A stretch of 64,000 nt of DNA from Octopus bimaculoides (GCF_001194135.2 NC_068987.1:8683409-8747408), one strand, 5' to 3'; shown: positions 11,281-24,383, counted from the first letter of the stretch. Notes: generated from the sequence alone by a model not told the origin. Numbers and translations are program-made.

Positions 11281-13004
11281 GCCTCTTGGTCAGAGTTCTA
11301 ACCATTTGCTTCGCCAGAAAGTGTTGTAACCTTTGTCATTCCTATTCAAGGAAACCTGTGATATGTATGTACTCATTTACACAACCAGGAACAACCTATA
11401 CAGGTCTATAACCTCCAGTTGTATCATGCTTTTGCTAGTTGAGGGCCACTAATACACAGAGCAAGTGGTTTTAATGTTGGCCACGGATAAGATTTTTTTT
11501 GAAAAATTTTATCCTTATATTAGAAGTAAATATGTGTGTATACACACACACACATCTATATATATATATATAATTTAGCTAAAATAATATAATTTAAAAG
11601 TTACTATAAATTTTGTTAAGTAGTAATCCTTTATTTTTTCATAATTATTTTTACATCTATGTCATTCATTCATCTCTAAAAAGACAGACATCTCTGATTT
11701 AAAACTTAAAATTAGTGTCATCTAAAAAGACTTATCTTAAATTAACAAACAAATAAATTGATTATTGTTTATCTCAGATGAAGTATTCATCTCCTACTCC
11801 AGACGCTTCTACAAAATCTAATTTAATCAAAATATTTTTATTCTCAAAACATCTTGCATGACTATTTTTAATTCTACATAACAAAATTGTTTTTGTTTGC
11901 TCCATTTTATATCATTGCCGTTGCAATTTGAATTATTGTGAATATATTCATTTAATCGATCAATTTATAGAGTCACTAAAAGAAGAAAAAATTAAAACCA
12001 TTACAAATTTATTTTCACCTTTGTCATCATGCAATATCATCTTACCAAAAGAGGTGTATTGGAAGGAATCAGTAAATAAGTCAGATTTATAATTGAATTG
12101 CATAAAATAAAATAAATAAATAAATAAATATATATATATAGAGAGAGAGAATTTTAAACAAGCTATTAGTCGTTAATTAACATGAATATCATAGTCATCT
12201 TTTTAATCACCTGACAAGAGATTTAAAATTATTGCTATAAACACTAACTTCAAAATAGAACTGGGAAAAGATTTCAAACTGTGTGTGAGCACAATTGTTA
12301 CTGAAAAGTTGTTTACATTAATAAGAAGATAACTAGCTAAATGGTAAGATAAATTTGTATTGAACAAGTAATATTCAATTGATTCAGCAATGTGTAACAG
12401 TATGTACCTTATATACCATTTTAACAAGTGTTTGGAAATATATTGGTGTTGTTAATTATAGCGAATAAAAATATCCCAGAAATTTAAATTCATGGCTAGA
12501 GTTAGTCCTATAGAAATTAGAGAGAAAGAAAAGCAGTAGAAATCTGACAATGAGATAAGAATCAAGGAATAACTTCATAGATTTCTTTCTCCTGAAGATT
12601 TTAGTTGATTAGAAGTTGACTTACAGTAAACAACATTTCATTGGAAACAAATTTAACGGACAATTTCTAAACAATTTCTAAAAGAAGAACATCTTATTTT
12701 AACAAGACTTTCCTGAATTTATTTATTCATTTTTTGGTAAAATATAAATGATAAACTTATTTAATAGATGAAAATCCTAGATAATTCTAAGAAGATGAAC
12801 ATTGAGATGTAAATAATGAACAGAACTAGATGTTCACAAATAATATTACAACAAACTGAATTATTAATATTATTTAGTACACTGATGTGACACTAATCTC
12901 TCAAAAAATCAAAACAACAATCTGATACTAATTTCCAATTTGAGAAATTTTATTTCATGTACACAGAGTTTTTTCTACTTCATCACAATTTGCACCAAAG
13001 GTTT

Positions 13005-13196
13005 CTAAATATTGGTTTCAAATTTTCACACAAGGCCAGCAATTTCAGAGGAGCAAGGTAAGTTGATTACATCGAAACCAGTACTCAACCGGTTCTTATT
13101 TTGTCAACCCCCGAAAGAATGAAAGGCAAAATCGACCATGACAGAATTTGAACTCAGAATGTAAAGATGGATGAAATGCTGTTAAGTATTTTGCCC
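13005..13196 (-). mobile_element. SINE family B (runs into a gap)
   Basis: acaaggccagcaatttc...agaatttgaactcagaatgtaaag. Confidence 0.8.
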
Positions 13197-13670
13197 NNNN
13201 NNNNNNNNNNNNNNNNNNNNNNNNNNNNNNNNNNNNNNNNNNNNNNNNNNNNNNNNNNNNNNNNNNNNNNNNNNNNNNNNNNNNNNNNNNNNNNNNNNNN
13301 NNNNNNNNNNNNNNNNNNNNNNNNNNNNNNNNNNNNNNNNNNNNNNNNNNNNNNNNNNNNNNNNNNNNNNNNNNNNNNNNNNNNNNNNNNNNNNNNNNNN
13401 NNNNNNNNNNNNNNNNNNNNNNNNNNNNNNNNNNNNNNNNNNNNNNNNNNNNNNNNNNNNNNNNNNNNNNNNNNNNNNNNNNNNNNNNNNNNNNNNNNNN
13501 NNNNNNNNNNNNNNNNNNNNNNNNNNNNNNNNNNNNNNNNNNNNNNNNNNNNNNNNNNNNNNNNNNNNNNNNNNNNNNNNNNNNNNNNNNNNNNNNNNNN
13601 NNNNNNNNNNNNNNNNNNNNNNNNNNNNNNNNNNNNNNNNNNNNNNNNNNNNNNNNNNNNNNNNNNNNNN
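13197..13670. other. Assembly gap (474 N); other gaps at 7418-7506, 20377-20386, 21418-21675, 22301-22364, 39472-39536, 44965-45018
   Basis: N runs; this gap and the 258-N gap are large enough to hide a missing exon. Confidence 0.99.
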
Positions 13671-14500
13671 GGTGGTGCCCCAGCATGGCCACAGTCTAAT
13701 GACTGAAACAAATAAAAGATAAAATATATATATTTAAAATTAATTTACTAAGTAGAATTGGCATCACCACAGTTATTAACACATCCGCATCAATGCTGCA
13801 AGAAGCCACCCAATGGAATATATAATTATTCTAGTAGACGAGTTATTTCGGGAAAAAGCAAAGAACTTTATTTAGATGACTTTTACCTTTAAAAATAAAA
13901 TAAAATGAAAAAAAAAAAAAAAAAAAAATATTGAGAAAGCATTTGGCACTTTCTCAATGGCTTTTTGAGTGAACTTTAAATAAACACAAATTTTTAACAA
14001 CATTCTGAGTCAAACCTGGCACAAATGAAGAATAGAATCGTAACAGTGAGAGATTAACAAACTACATGAGTGTAGATGTGTGCATGTACATAAGTACGTG
14101 TATAGACAGATTGAAACTAATGAAAGCAATGAGAAGCCTGTGTTATCTGAGTGCTAACTCACAGAAGCCAATGAGTCATGTATGCAAGATGCTGTTTAGA
14201 GTAAGGTATACTGCTCTGTTTATTTCAGCCTACCTACTGAAAATAGGTAGGTCTACTTCATGATAGTGGAAGCAAGGATAGATAGTCAAAACAAAAGATC
14301 TAATTATGTATGGGTTGTGGAATATGGTAAATGATGTCAAAACTTCTGCAAATAAGTTATAACAAATATAACAAAGTATCACAGCATCTGTGACTATAGG
14401 TTAAAAATAATGTCATTGCAGCAATATTCTTTTGATATAAACATGTGTCTATAGTTAACTTTCTACTCTCACCATTGAATTATTTTGCACAATGATTTTA

Positions 14501-14906
14501 GGTGCAGGTGTGGCTGTGCGGTAATAAGTTTGCTTCCCAACCACATACTCTTGGGTTCAGTCCCACTGTGTGGCACCTTGGGCAAGTGTCTTCTACTATA
14601 AGCCCCAGGTCAATCAAAGTCTTGTGAGAGGATTCGGTAGACAAAAACTGAAAGAAGCCTGTTGTGTGTATGTGTGTTACTGTATCTTTGCCTTGACTTC
14701 ATGTGATAGTGGTAAACAAATGTCACCATCATTTAAGCAGTGTCCATTTCCAATCTTTCATGAAAACATGTCTGGTCATGGGGAATGTTACCTTACATGG
14801 AAACACGTGAAGATTGGCATCAAAAGAGCATCCAGCCATAGAAAAATCTGCCCCAATAAATTCTGTCTATGCAAGTATGGAAAAGTGGAGGTTAACTGAT
14901 GATGAT
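14501..14906 (+). mobile_element. Modular SINE A/C (family A head with (GAT)n-ending tail)
   Basis: A-type head followed by catgtctgg...ggaaac...catccagccatagaaaatc...gcaagtatggaaaagtgga..gatgatgat. Confidence 0.8.
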
Positions 14907-15155
14907 TTGACATCTTTTCTTTCTCTAGGATGTAAATTTCCAATAACACACCAGAGAAACTTTCAAACCACAAGATATATGGACCCTTGGTAAAAAGAAA
15001 AAGCAAAGCAACACAATATTGTTCTACAGTCATAAAATGAAACAACGGAAGAAGCCTCTGCAGTCATTCAATGTGTTAGAAATAGCAGCAAGATCTTCCT
15101 CAGATCACCTTTGGTCTTCTTTTTTTTTTAACACAAAAAAAAAAAAAGACTCATA

Positions 15156-15527
15156 GGTGCAAACATGAGTAGTGGCTAAGAAGTTTGCTTTGCAATCACA
15201 TGGTTTTGCGTTCAGTCCCATTGCATGGCACCTTGGGTAAATGCTTTTTACTATATCCTTGGGCTGACCAATGCTTTGTAAGTGAATTTGATGGATGGAA
15301 AACTGTGCAGAGTCTCAGTGTGTGCGTGTGTGTGTGTGTGTGTCCACTACTGCCTGGCAACTGGTGTTGGTTTCTTTATGTCCTCATAACCTAGCGATTT
15401 GGCAAAAGATACCAAAAAAAAAAGTACCACCTTTGAAAAATAAGTAGTGGAGTTGTTTTGTTTGACAAAACCTTCTAAAGCAGTGCCCCAGCATGAACAC
15501 AGCTCAATGACTGACACAAGTAAAAGA
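15156..15527 (+). mobile_element. SINE family A
   Basis: Homology to 8807-9186. Confidence 0.8.
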
Positions 15528-18388
15528 TATATATATACACACCATGCCTACAAGCAAGAGACATAATTGATAATTTAGTCACTTGACTAAATCACAACCT
15601 ATATATCTATTAGAAGTGGCAGGTATCACAATATTGTTCTACAACCATAAAATCAAGTCAAAAAAGAAACCTCTTTGGTGTTCCATCAGCTTCTTTGGAT
15701 ACACCTTCTGTGTATTATATTTTTCTCATCTGCATTGCTGACAGGTAAATGAAGGATGAGAGAGGTTCAATGCCCTATACCAGGCATAATGCCAATAATG
15801 GGACAGGTATCAACACTGCAGCTCTTTCATCTAGTTGCTGACACCCTAACTATTCATTTACTGACACTCCTCATAAAACAGTATGTATGAGGTCTGTTTT
15901 TCCCCCAGGATGTGAAGTTAGGCAGTAATATAAAATACATTTTCATGAAATATAATAAATTCACTAAAATGTATAGAATAAATTAACCACGTTGTATTTC
16001 TAACATAAAAAGGGGTGGGGGAATGGGCCAAAAGAAGCTGGGGTGGAGTTCCTGAACGAGAAGAATCAGTGAGAATCACAGTTGTAAGTAGATAAATTGT
16101 TTCAAGTTGAAGTGGTTAAAACAGGAAAACTCGATGGATAAATAAATAAATAAATATATATATAGCAGTGCGTTATAAATCAACAGATGGGTTAGCGTAT
16201 AATACATGTGATATCCATTAAAAGATAAAACTTCCTCTCTTTCTCAAGAACAATTACTATTAATAATTTGTATAGCAGCTCACACATACATGGATATTAC
16301 AATTAGTAACCTCTTTACTCGGAACATCCATCTTTCACCTACTACAGAATTGATTTCTTTTTTTAAAGAAGTAAATCTGAAGAAACCTATTATTCCTTTG
16401 AGTATTTCTTTGGCAATATATCAAAAATATTCCAAAGGGGTGATAGTTTATCTATGCTGGTGAAAATGGTACTGCAATTTACTTTGTAGCTCGAAAACCC
16501 AGCCACACACTCATATTTACATTACTATTAATCTTACTCAATATGATATCAAAGATGTTTTGATAAGTCTAGATATCCTACCTGGAGATTTATACATCCA
16601 AATTAAATAGTGCTACATTCTGAGAAGTAAGGTATACATGCTTCAATGCACTGTTGTGAAAACACCTAAAGAAATATACGTAATACCTTTATATACATAC
16701 ACTTGTTGTCATGTATGATATTTCTTGCAGATATTTAAAGTTAATGACAAATCCACTCTCAATAAGTTAACTGGTTTTTATAAAGATCGATAAGCTTATT
16801 CAGGGAACTAAGTTATACACCACCATGCTTGTCATTTGTATAAATAATTTTTGCAAATTCAGCTTAAATTTTTTATTTTCTCATCACAGTTTTTCATCCT
16901 TACTCAATTCTTTTATATTCTCTTATTTTGATTTTTACAAAATCCTTCAAGAGCATTTGACAAATGGCCAAGAAAGTAGGAGTTTCTGAGATAAAACTAA
17001 TATGCATCCAACCCTAAAATTATGCTGCATTCAACAATAATTTTTGTTATCTATTTCTGCCCATTCAGCAAATGCCTATGTTGAGATACTTTCAAACTTA
17101 CACATTTATCATACTGCAAAACGTGAACAGAGCTTGCTATCAAATCAACTCACTATCATATATGTGGAAGGGCAGAACCAGAATGTCACTTCTAAGATGA
17201 GAATTTGTAGCTGAAGGTTCTAAAAATGATCCTAAATTATGTGCAACAAGTATTTTCAATTATAGAAATACTTATAAAATTATTCAAATGAAAAAATGTT
17301 CTGAAAAATAAATAAAACTGCACATCAGCTTTACCCCCGCCACACACATTCTCTCTCTTGTTTACTCAATCACACAAGCATTCATCTTAATATATGAACA
17401 TGACACACTTCACACTAAATGATTTGGTAAGTGGACAAAAACAAAGCACACAAAAAAAATTATAATTGCATTAGAATGAATATTTGTAATATTAAACATC
17501 TATGAGTCAGTCATTTTTTCCCTTTAAATGAAAACCAAGAAATATGAATTGTAAAGAAATCAAATTAAGCCTCCAGTTTGAAGCAATTTATAATTCAAGA
17601 AAAAAAAAAAAAATTTATAAAGTTGCCATACGTGAGAGAAATCTGGTTTGTAAATTGACTTCATGCTTTTATCTGATATATTTTTCTCCAAACAAAATTT
17701 TAAAATAAATGCCTTAATATAATTAAAATTAAATACAGATTAATTACAATTAATGATGCAATTTATTTATCAGACTTCACTTTCATGAATTTTAATAATC
17801 CAACACACACACACACACATATGGGAAAAAAAAACACACTAAAAGACATGAGGACAAATGAAGATGTGAATAAGCAATTCATCATTTGTGGATAGTTTTG
17901 CAAATGCATTTCAAAGCTATTCAATTTTGTTCAGAGAATTTGTAATTTTTTTCTTAAAATAGGCTGCGAACATGGTTATATGTAGAAGAAGCTGCATGAC
18001 TTCGTATAAGGGGACTTTAATGGCTCATTTGTATGAAAGTGAAGAATTATTGTGTGTATTATTAATGACAGCTCTGTAAAGAACAGGTATGAAAGAATAG
18101 GAAAATACATAGAAAAATGTAGAATATTTAAAATCGAATACATACATATATGTGAAGAGAAATGATATTTTAAAACATCACGAAGAGATAAGATTTAGAA
18201 GGGTTTATCCATATATGAGAGTTCCAAACAAACGAAGAAAAGAAAAAGAAAGTAAAACTAATTTGTGCATTTGTGCTGTTTTAAAAAGCTTTAAAGTATA
18301 AAGTTAAATTAAAATTCTATTACTAGAATATTTCAGAATTACGTAAGCTGTGAAGAAACAGCAAAGTATATGGTGATGTGTGTGTGTA

Positions 18389-18434
<46 letters not shown>

Positions 18435-19556
18435 CAGTTTAGCAATTAAGATAGAATCTTTGTGGAGAAGGAAATAGAAGTAATAAAAAGGCATTTTAAA
18501 TATCCAAATGGTTGAATTATAAACAGAAAAAAAAAAGGAAAAACACAGAACAAAAGTTTTATAACTTTGTTTTGTTTTTCTAAAGAGCCATTTTTATTTT
18601 ATGACGAGCAAAAATATTTGGCAAAAGTACAATTCAATAAATGGGAAGAAAATTTACGTAATTCTAAAAGTATAAGCATTATTAATATTTAAAGTAGATT
18701 TAAAAGATAATAACTATAATGTAAACAACACTGAGAGATACATTCTTCAAAGAGACATGTGGACAGCAACACAAATTAAACAAGTTTCAAGATCCATGGT
18801 ATTGCTGTGATAGAAGTAATACAGAGGAGGTATAATATAGAAAGGGATCTCTACTTGTAGAATAGTAGGAAATGTGATTCTGTCTGCCAGGCAAAAGATT
18901 TTTTCATGTTTTTTTCCCCAAGGATGTGTTCTTTCACATATTCATATTCAATCGAAGAATTTGCAAGGGATGTCAATGCATTGATCTGTGTTTTGTTCAT
19001 GAGAAGAGGAAATAAAATTTGCAGATTTGGTCCTTGTTTCAATGCTCTATGCTTGTTAGTATTGTTGAATGTGACTATTTTCAATCTATTACTTGTTTCA
19101 GTCACTGGGCTGTGTGGCCATGCGAGGGCATCACCTTGAATGATTTAGGAAAGCAAACTTGCTCAGAGTAAGAGGTAGACTGTATGATGCATATATATAT
19201 AAATGTTTTCTCAGATAAAATTGCATTTCATGTTTGATGCTCTGATGAAGTTATAGAATAATACACAAGTATTCGACTATGAGTGCATGGCATCTTGTAG
19301 CAGAATCAGTTGTATGCTAATGAAGTTCATCACATTTCTTATTTCTTCGTCATTTTAATTTCTTACTCATATATAAAGTAGGTACACACATACATATTAG
19401 AAAGTGGAGCCACAAACTTCCATAAAGAAGTCACTACTAATTTAGTAGTGCATTATAAATTCATTTTGCAGTGACAATGGAACTGATTGTTTCACTCAGT
19501 GAGCTTTTTCAAAGTACACAATAGTTTGAGAAGCTCACTAAGCATAAATAAATAAA

Positions 19557-19860
19557 TCATCATCATCATCGTTTAACGTCCGTTTTCCATACTGGCATGG
19601 GTTGGACGGTTTTGACTGGGGTCGAGCAAGCCAGGAGGCCTCACAGGGTTCCAATCTGATCTGGCAGTGTTTCTACAGCTGGATGCCCTTCCTAATGCCA
19701 ACCACTCCAAGAGTGTAGTGGGTGCTTTTTACATGCCACTGGCACAGGAGCCAGTCAGGGCAAGGTGGCTGGCATCAACCATGTTCGGATGGTGCTTATT
19801 GCATGCCACCGGCATGGGAGCCAGTCAGGTGGCACTGGCATCAGCTACAACTACAATTTC
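19557..19860 (-). mobile_element. SINE family C
   Basis: Homology to 2553-2897. Confidence 0.82.
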
Positions 19861-19894
19861 CATTTGATTGTGGATTGATTTGATTTTGATTCTG

Positions 19895-20150
19895 ATGTAC
19901 TTGACTCACTAGGTCTCCTCAAGCATGGCATGTCACCTGACGATCCTAAGGTACTTTTTTTAAGTGGACTGGTTATGCGACACTGGTGTAGGCTACAGCT
20001 GTGATCTCACATTACTTGCCGGGTCTTCTCAGTCACAGCATATCTCCAGAGGTCTCGGCCTTTCATCATTAGCTCTGTGAGGCCCAATGTTCAAAGGTTA
20101 TGCTTCACCACCTCATCCAGCATGACCTTCAAATGTTGGGCCTCACAGAG
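19895..20150 (-). mobile_element. RTE-like LINE 3' fragment with short inverted duplication at its 5' end
   Basis: Minus strand reads approximately DEVVKHNL*TLGLTE...DLWRYAVTEKTRQ, an RTE-type C-terminus; 20074-20103 is inverted at 20121-20150. Confidence 0.6.
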
Positions 20151-22264
20151 GCAAAAAGATGAGTGATGACAATGACTTTGAAGTTTTGGCCTATTAGCTT
20201 TTGTTAGACTCTGGCAAAGAGTAGCAGGTTGAAACTTCGAAGTCACTATCATCCCTCTTATTGTAAAATTATAATAGATATGTACTCTTCAAAAAAGTAT
20301 TGAGTAATTCTTCAGTTTAATGTTAAATTGTTTTTATGATAGTTTCACATGAAAGCAAACATATATACACACACATNNNNNNNNNNTATTGTTCAGGTTT
20401 CCAAATATTTATATGAAGTGAAAGATGTGCAATTTAAGAAGAAAATCAGTTTGGTATACAAAAAGGAAAAATTGAATCATACGTAATATATTTTTCAAAG
20501 AAATTCTGAAGTATGTCATTGTTTAGCTTCAGGTCGATGTTGTGTCTAGGATTAGTAGTTGTATAATAAAGTAGTGAATACCAAAATTATTTTGTAATGA
20601 CAAAGAAACTAGTTGTTTCAGTCAGTGAGTTTCTCAAAGTACAATTTTGAGAAAGCCAGTGAGCATAAAATTAGTATATTTTATATTTGTATGTGGGTGT
20701 GTCTCCACCAAGTCAACACACCTTATCAGCAACTAGCACACTGTTCCCACTGTCTCCCACACCAATCAAAGTCGTTAATTTTCCCCTGCTCTCCTGTCTC
20801 TTTCACTAACTACTCCCACTCCAAAACTGACCCCTCTGTTATTCTCTCCATAACCATCCACATCAATAAATTGGTCCCATCCATCATGGAAGCCCTCTTT
20901 CACTTTTGAAAGCTACAAGGTGACTCCAACAGTGATTGTGCCATAAAAAAAAAAACAAAAAAAACATCCAGTGGACTCTTTAAGTGATTGGTAATTGATT
21001 TAAGCAGTAACAGCTTAGGGGTTGAGAGAACTCTTTAGTTTTGCTGATGGCAAGTCAGCCTCTACAGTGCTAGTGCTACACAAAAAAAAAAAAAAAAAAA
21101 ATGCACATAGTGCACTTGTAAGGTGATTGGTGTAAGGTGTCCAACTGTAGAACCCATGCTAAAGAGGGAGACATATATATATATATATATATAAGTGAAT
21201 CTATGTTTCTAGGTTAGTAACTAGTTTACAAATAACTACAATGCTAACAGAAGAGAAAATGGCAAGAGAAAAGAGAAAAAGAATATATTTAAGCCATGAC
21301 AAAGAAGATATTGTTCAGGTTTCCAAATATTTATATGAAGTGAAAGATGTGCAATTTAAGAAGAAAATCAGTTTGGTATACAAAAAGGAAAAATTGAATC
21401 ATACGTAATATATTTTANNNNNNNNNNNNNNNNNNNNNNNNNNNNNNNNNNNNNNNNNNNNNNNNNNNNNNNNNNNNNNNNNNNNNNNNNNNNNNNNNNN
21501 NNNNNNNNNNNNNNNNNNNNNNNNNNNNNNNNNNNNNNNNNNNNNNNNNNNNNNNNNNNNNNNNNNNNNNNNNNNNNNNNNNNNNNNNNNNNNNNNNNNN
21601 NNNNNNNNNNNNNNNNNNNNNNNNNNNNNNNNNNNNNNNNNNNNNNNNNNNNNNNNNNNNNNNNNNNNNNNNNNNAAATCAGTTTGGTATACAAAAAGGA
21701 AAAATTGAATCATACGTAATATATTTTACAAAGAGCAAGATGTGGCCCTCTCATTGGAACCTGTTAAGCTAAGACATATCAGCATGGAATGCAAGTATTA
21801 ATGATAATGATGACATTATATATGTCACACATGCAGAAACAAAGACACACCTTATAACATATAAAATTTAATATCAAATATGTTCTTCATTTAAGATGGT
21901 AGGCTGTATCTGAGGAAAATATAGTTGTTATTTCTAGTAGGACGACCCACTCTGGGGCAGCTCTCTCTCTTTCGTTAAGACTATTCATTGTTGTTTATAT
22001 ATAGAAAGCCAAGGAATATAACTATGTAAATATGTCAGCAAGGGGGAAGGGTAGAAATAGATAGCAAAAAATACAGATATAGATGGAAAAGATAAAAGAA
22101 TATATTAAAGAAAGAGATTAAAAGATAAAGATCAAGATAGAAAACCTGACACACTGATTTGAATATCACCGAGGAAAGAGCAAGGTGAAATTTAATTCAG
22201 AGAGCAGTCATAGTTTCAGCTTCCTACACTGCCTCCCTCTTTAATTTCATTGCTGCTGTTCAAT

Positions 22265-22265
<1 letters not shown>

Positions 22266-22300
<35 letters not shown>

Positions 22301-22364
22301 NNNNNNNNNNNNNNNNNNNNNNNNNNNNNNNNNNNNNNNNNNNNNNNNNNNNNNNNNNNNNNNN

Positions 22365-22405
<41 letters not shown>

Positions 22406-22414
22406 GTGTGTGTG

Positions 22415-22487
<73 letters not shown>

Positions 22488-22573
22488 TATCTATTGTATG
22501 TGTGTATAAAATATGTTGTGTGTGTATGTGTATATACATATAAATATATATGATATAAATAAAACGTGCATGC

Positions 22574-22616
<43 letters not shown>

Positions 22617-22645
22617 CATACATATATATGTATGTGTGTATGTAT
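22266..22645. repeat. Large (CA)n/(TA)n/(TG)n microsatellite block with a gap
   Basis: Seen directly; source of several spurious ORFs. Confidence 0.95.
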
Positions 22646-23357
22646 GAAACATATTAAAAGAGTGACAGACAATCCAAAAAATATCACAAAGCAAGATGAA
22701 AAAATGAGTTTTAATCTTTTTCTTTGCTCAATGTGAACTCTGTATGACCTCAAGAAACCTTTCTAGAATTAGTTATTTCAAAAGATAAACTATGATGGCT
22801 TTTTGTATGTAATATCATGTCTCTGTAAGTAGGATAACTATAAAAATAGACATGGTATAATTGTTTCTCTAGAGTGAATGAGACTGAGAATGACAGAAAC
22901 AGGGAAAGAAAAGGGAGCAGGCAAGTAATAACACACATACATAGAGTATTTTAGGGGTATTTTTTATAACACTCCATCAGCTTAGTGGTCCTGTTATAAA
23001 GAATGAAAAAGTGGTATACTTTATAGTTCGCAATATTTTTTTTATTATTATCTTCAAATCAAAGGGTGAAGCAGTGCCCAAAACTCCTTCCAGGGTTTCC
23101 AAGACAGGTGGGAGGAAGTGACCCCTAAATTGGAGACCCAGCCTGTTTGTTTTGCAAAACAGAGTGGATTCCACTAACAACAGCCAAGGGGCCAGGTTGT
23201 GGTGTTAAACTGGGTGACAGACTAAGTCTACCAGCTTATGAAGACCAGGGTGAGAACAGAACTCAGAAAGCAAAGAGACAGAACAAAAAAAAAAGAAAAA
23301 AAGAAAAGAAAAAAAGCTCATAAAGGAACTTAGCAAATTTACTTGAATTATTATTAT

Positions 23358-23760
23358 TGAGCTGGCAGAATCATTACCATGCTGGACAAACTGCTGAATG
23401 GCATTTCTTCCAACTCTACATTCTGTGTTCAAATTCTGCCGCAGTAAACTTTTGACTTCATTTTTTTTTTTTTTTCAGCTTGATTAAATAAGCACCAGTT
23501 AATCGTTAGAGCCGATGTCATCAATGAAATCCCTCCCCACAAAATTTCAGGTCTTGTGCCTAGAAAAGATGATGATGCCGTTGTTGCAGGATCATTAACA
23601 AGCTCAGCAAAATGCTTAGCAGCATTTCTTCTGGTTTTATGTTCTGACTTCAAATTTCTCCAAAATCGACTTTCAGGGTCAGTACTGGTAAAGCACTGGG
23701 GTCAATGTAATTGACCAGCCTGTTACCCCAAAATATAAGTCCTTGTAACTATAGTAGAAA
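23358..23760 (+). mobile_element. Two tandem SINE B copies, the second ending in the (TAA)n that hosts the Dong elements
   Basis: Family B homology at 23358-23575 and 23585-23760. Confidence 0.7.
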
Positions 23761-23793
23761 TTATGATTATGATTATTATTATTATTATTATTA

Positions 23794-23985
23794 GTTTGGC
23801 TTTTGCTTTGTACTTGTACAAGTTGACTCCAAGTCTCATCCAGAGACCTCAAGAGACAAGTAAGAAGTTCAAATTGGTGTTATGATGTGTATACCATATA
23901 TTTGGTTTTGTACATAGTATTGTCAAACTATAAGAAAATTAGAAGTTTGTTTTAAAAGTATAAGATGAGACGGTAAAAGGTGTTT
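23794..23985 (-). mobile_element. Dong/R4-type 3' UTR fragment (subfamily B)
   Basis: Reverse complement matches the 3' UTR of the 48412-48695 copy (tgtctcttgaggt..ctgg.tgagacttggagtcaacttgtacaa.tacaaagcaaa); flanked by TAA-type repeats. Confidence 0.7.
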
Positions 23986-24013
23986 GCTATTATGTATTAT
24001 TATTATTATTATT

Positions 24014-24381
24014 GTTCAGTAGTTTTATTGTTATAACGTGCTTTCACTTCACTACCGAGCGCAGCTCTGTGTGCCTTGGGTATGTGCTGTGGTTTGCTGT
24101 GATGCGCTTATGGTTACTGTATTGAAAGTGTTTTGCGTAGGATGTGTGCAGTGCCCAGTAGTGCAATTTTCTGTATGTTATATATACTTGTATGTCCTGG
24201 TGTTTTTGATATGTATTTGTCTGAATATTTTTTTATCATACCTAATGCACCTACTATGATAGGATTTGTTTCTGTTTTTAAATTCCACATTCGAGTTACC
24301 TCTATTTCCAGGTCTTTGTATTTTGAAAGTTTCTCCATTTCTTTTAGGGAAACCTTGTCATTTGCTGGTATTGATACATCA

Positions 24382-24383
<2 letters not shown>
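24014..24383 (-). mobile_element. 5'-truncated Dong/R4-type non-LTR retrotransposon (subfamily A)
   Basis: IDVSIPANDKVSLKEMEKLSKYKDLEIEVTRMW...PIIVGALG...IQKIALLGTAHILRKTLS is the restriction-like endonuclease C-terminus; 3' UTR follows; (TAA)n on both sides. Confidence 0.8.

Noticed and set aside
17105-17195. Minus-strand segment with canonical AG and GTAAGT ends
   Set aside because: Stops in all three frames and no other support.
22247-22753. Long ORFs over TA/CA/TG/GA microsatellites and N gaps (also 7298-7599, 13096-13711, 21368-21713, 44705-45144, 61229-61605)
   Set aside because: The translations are dipeptide repeats or X runs, artefacts of simple repeats and gaps.
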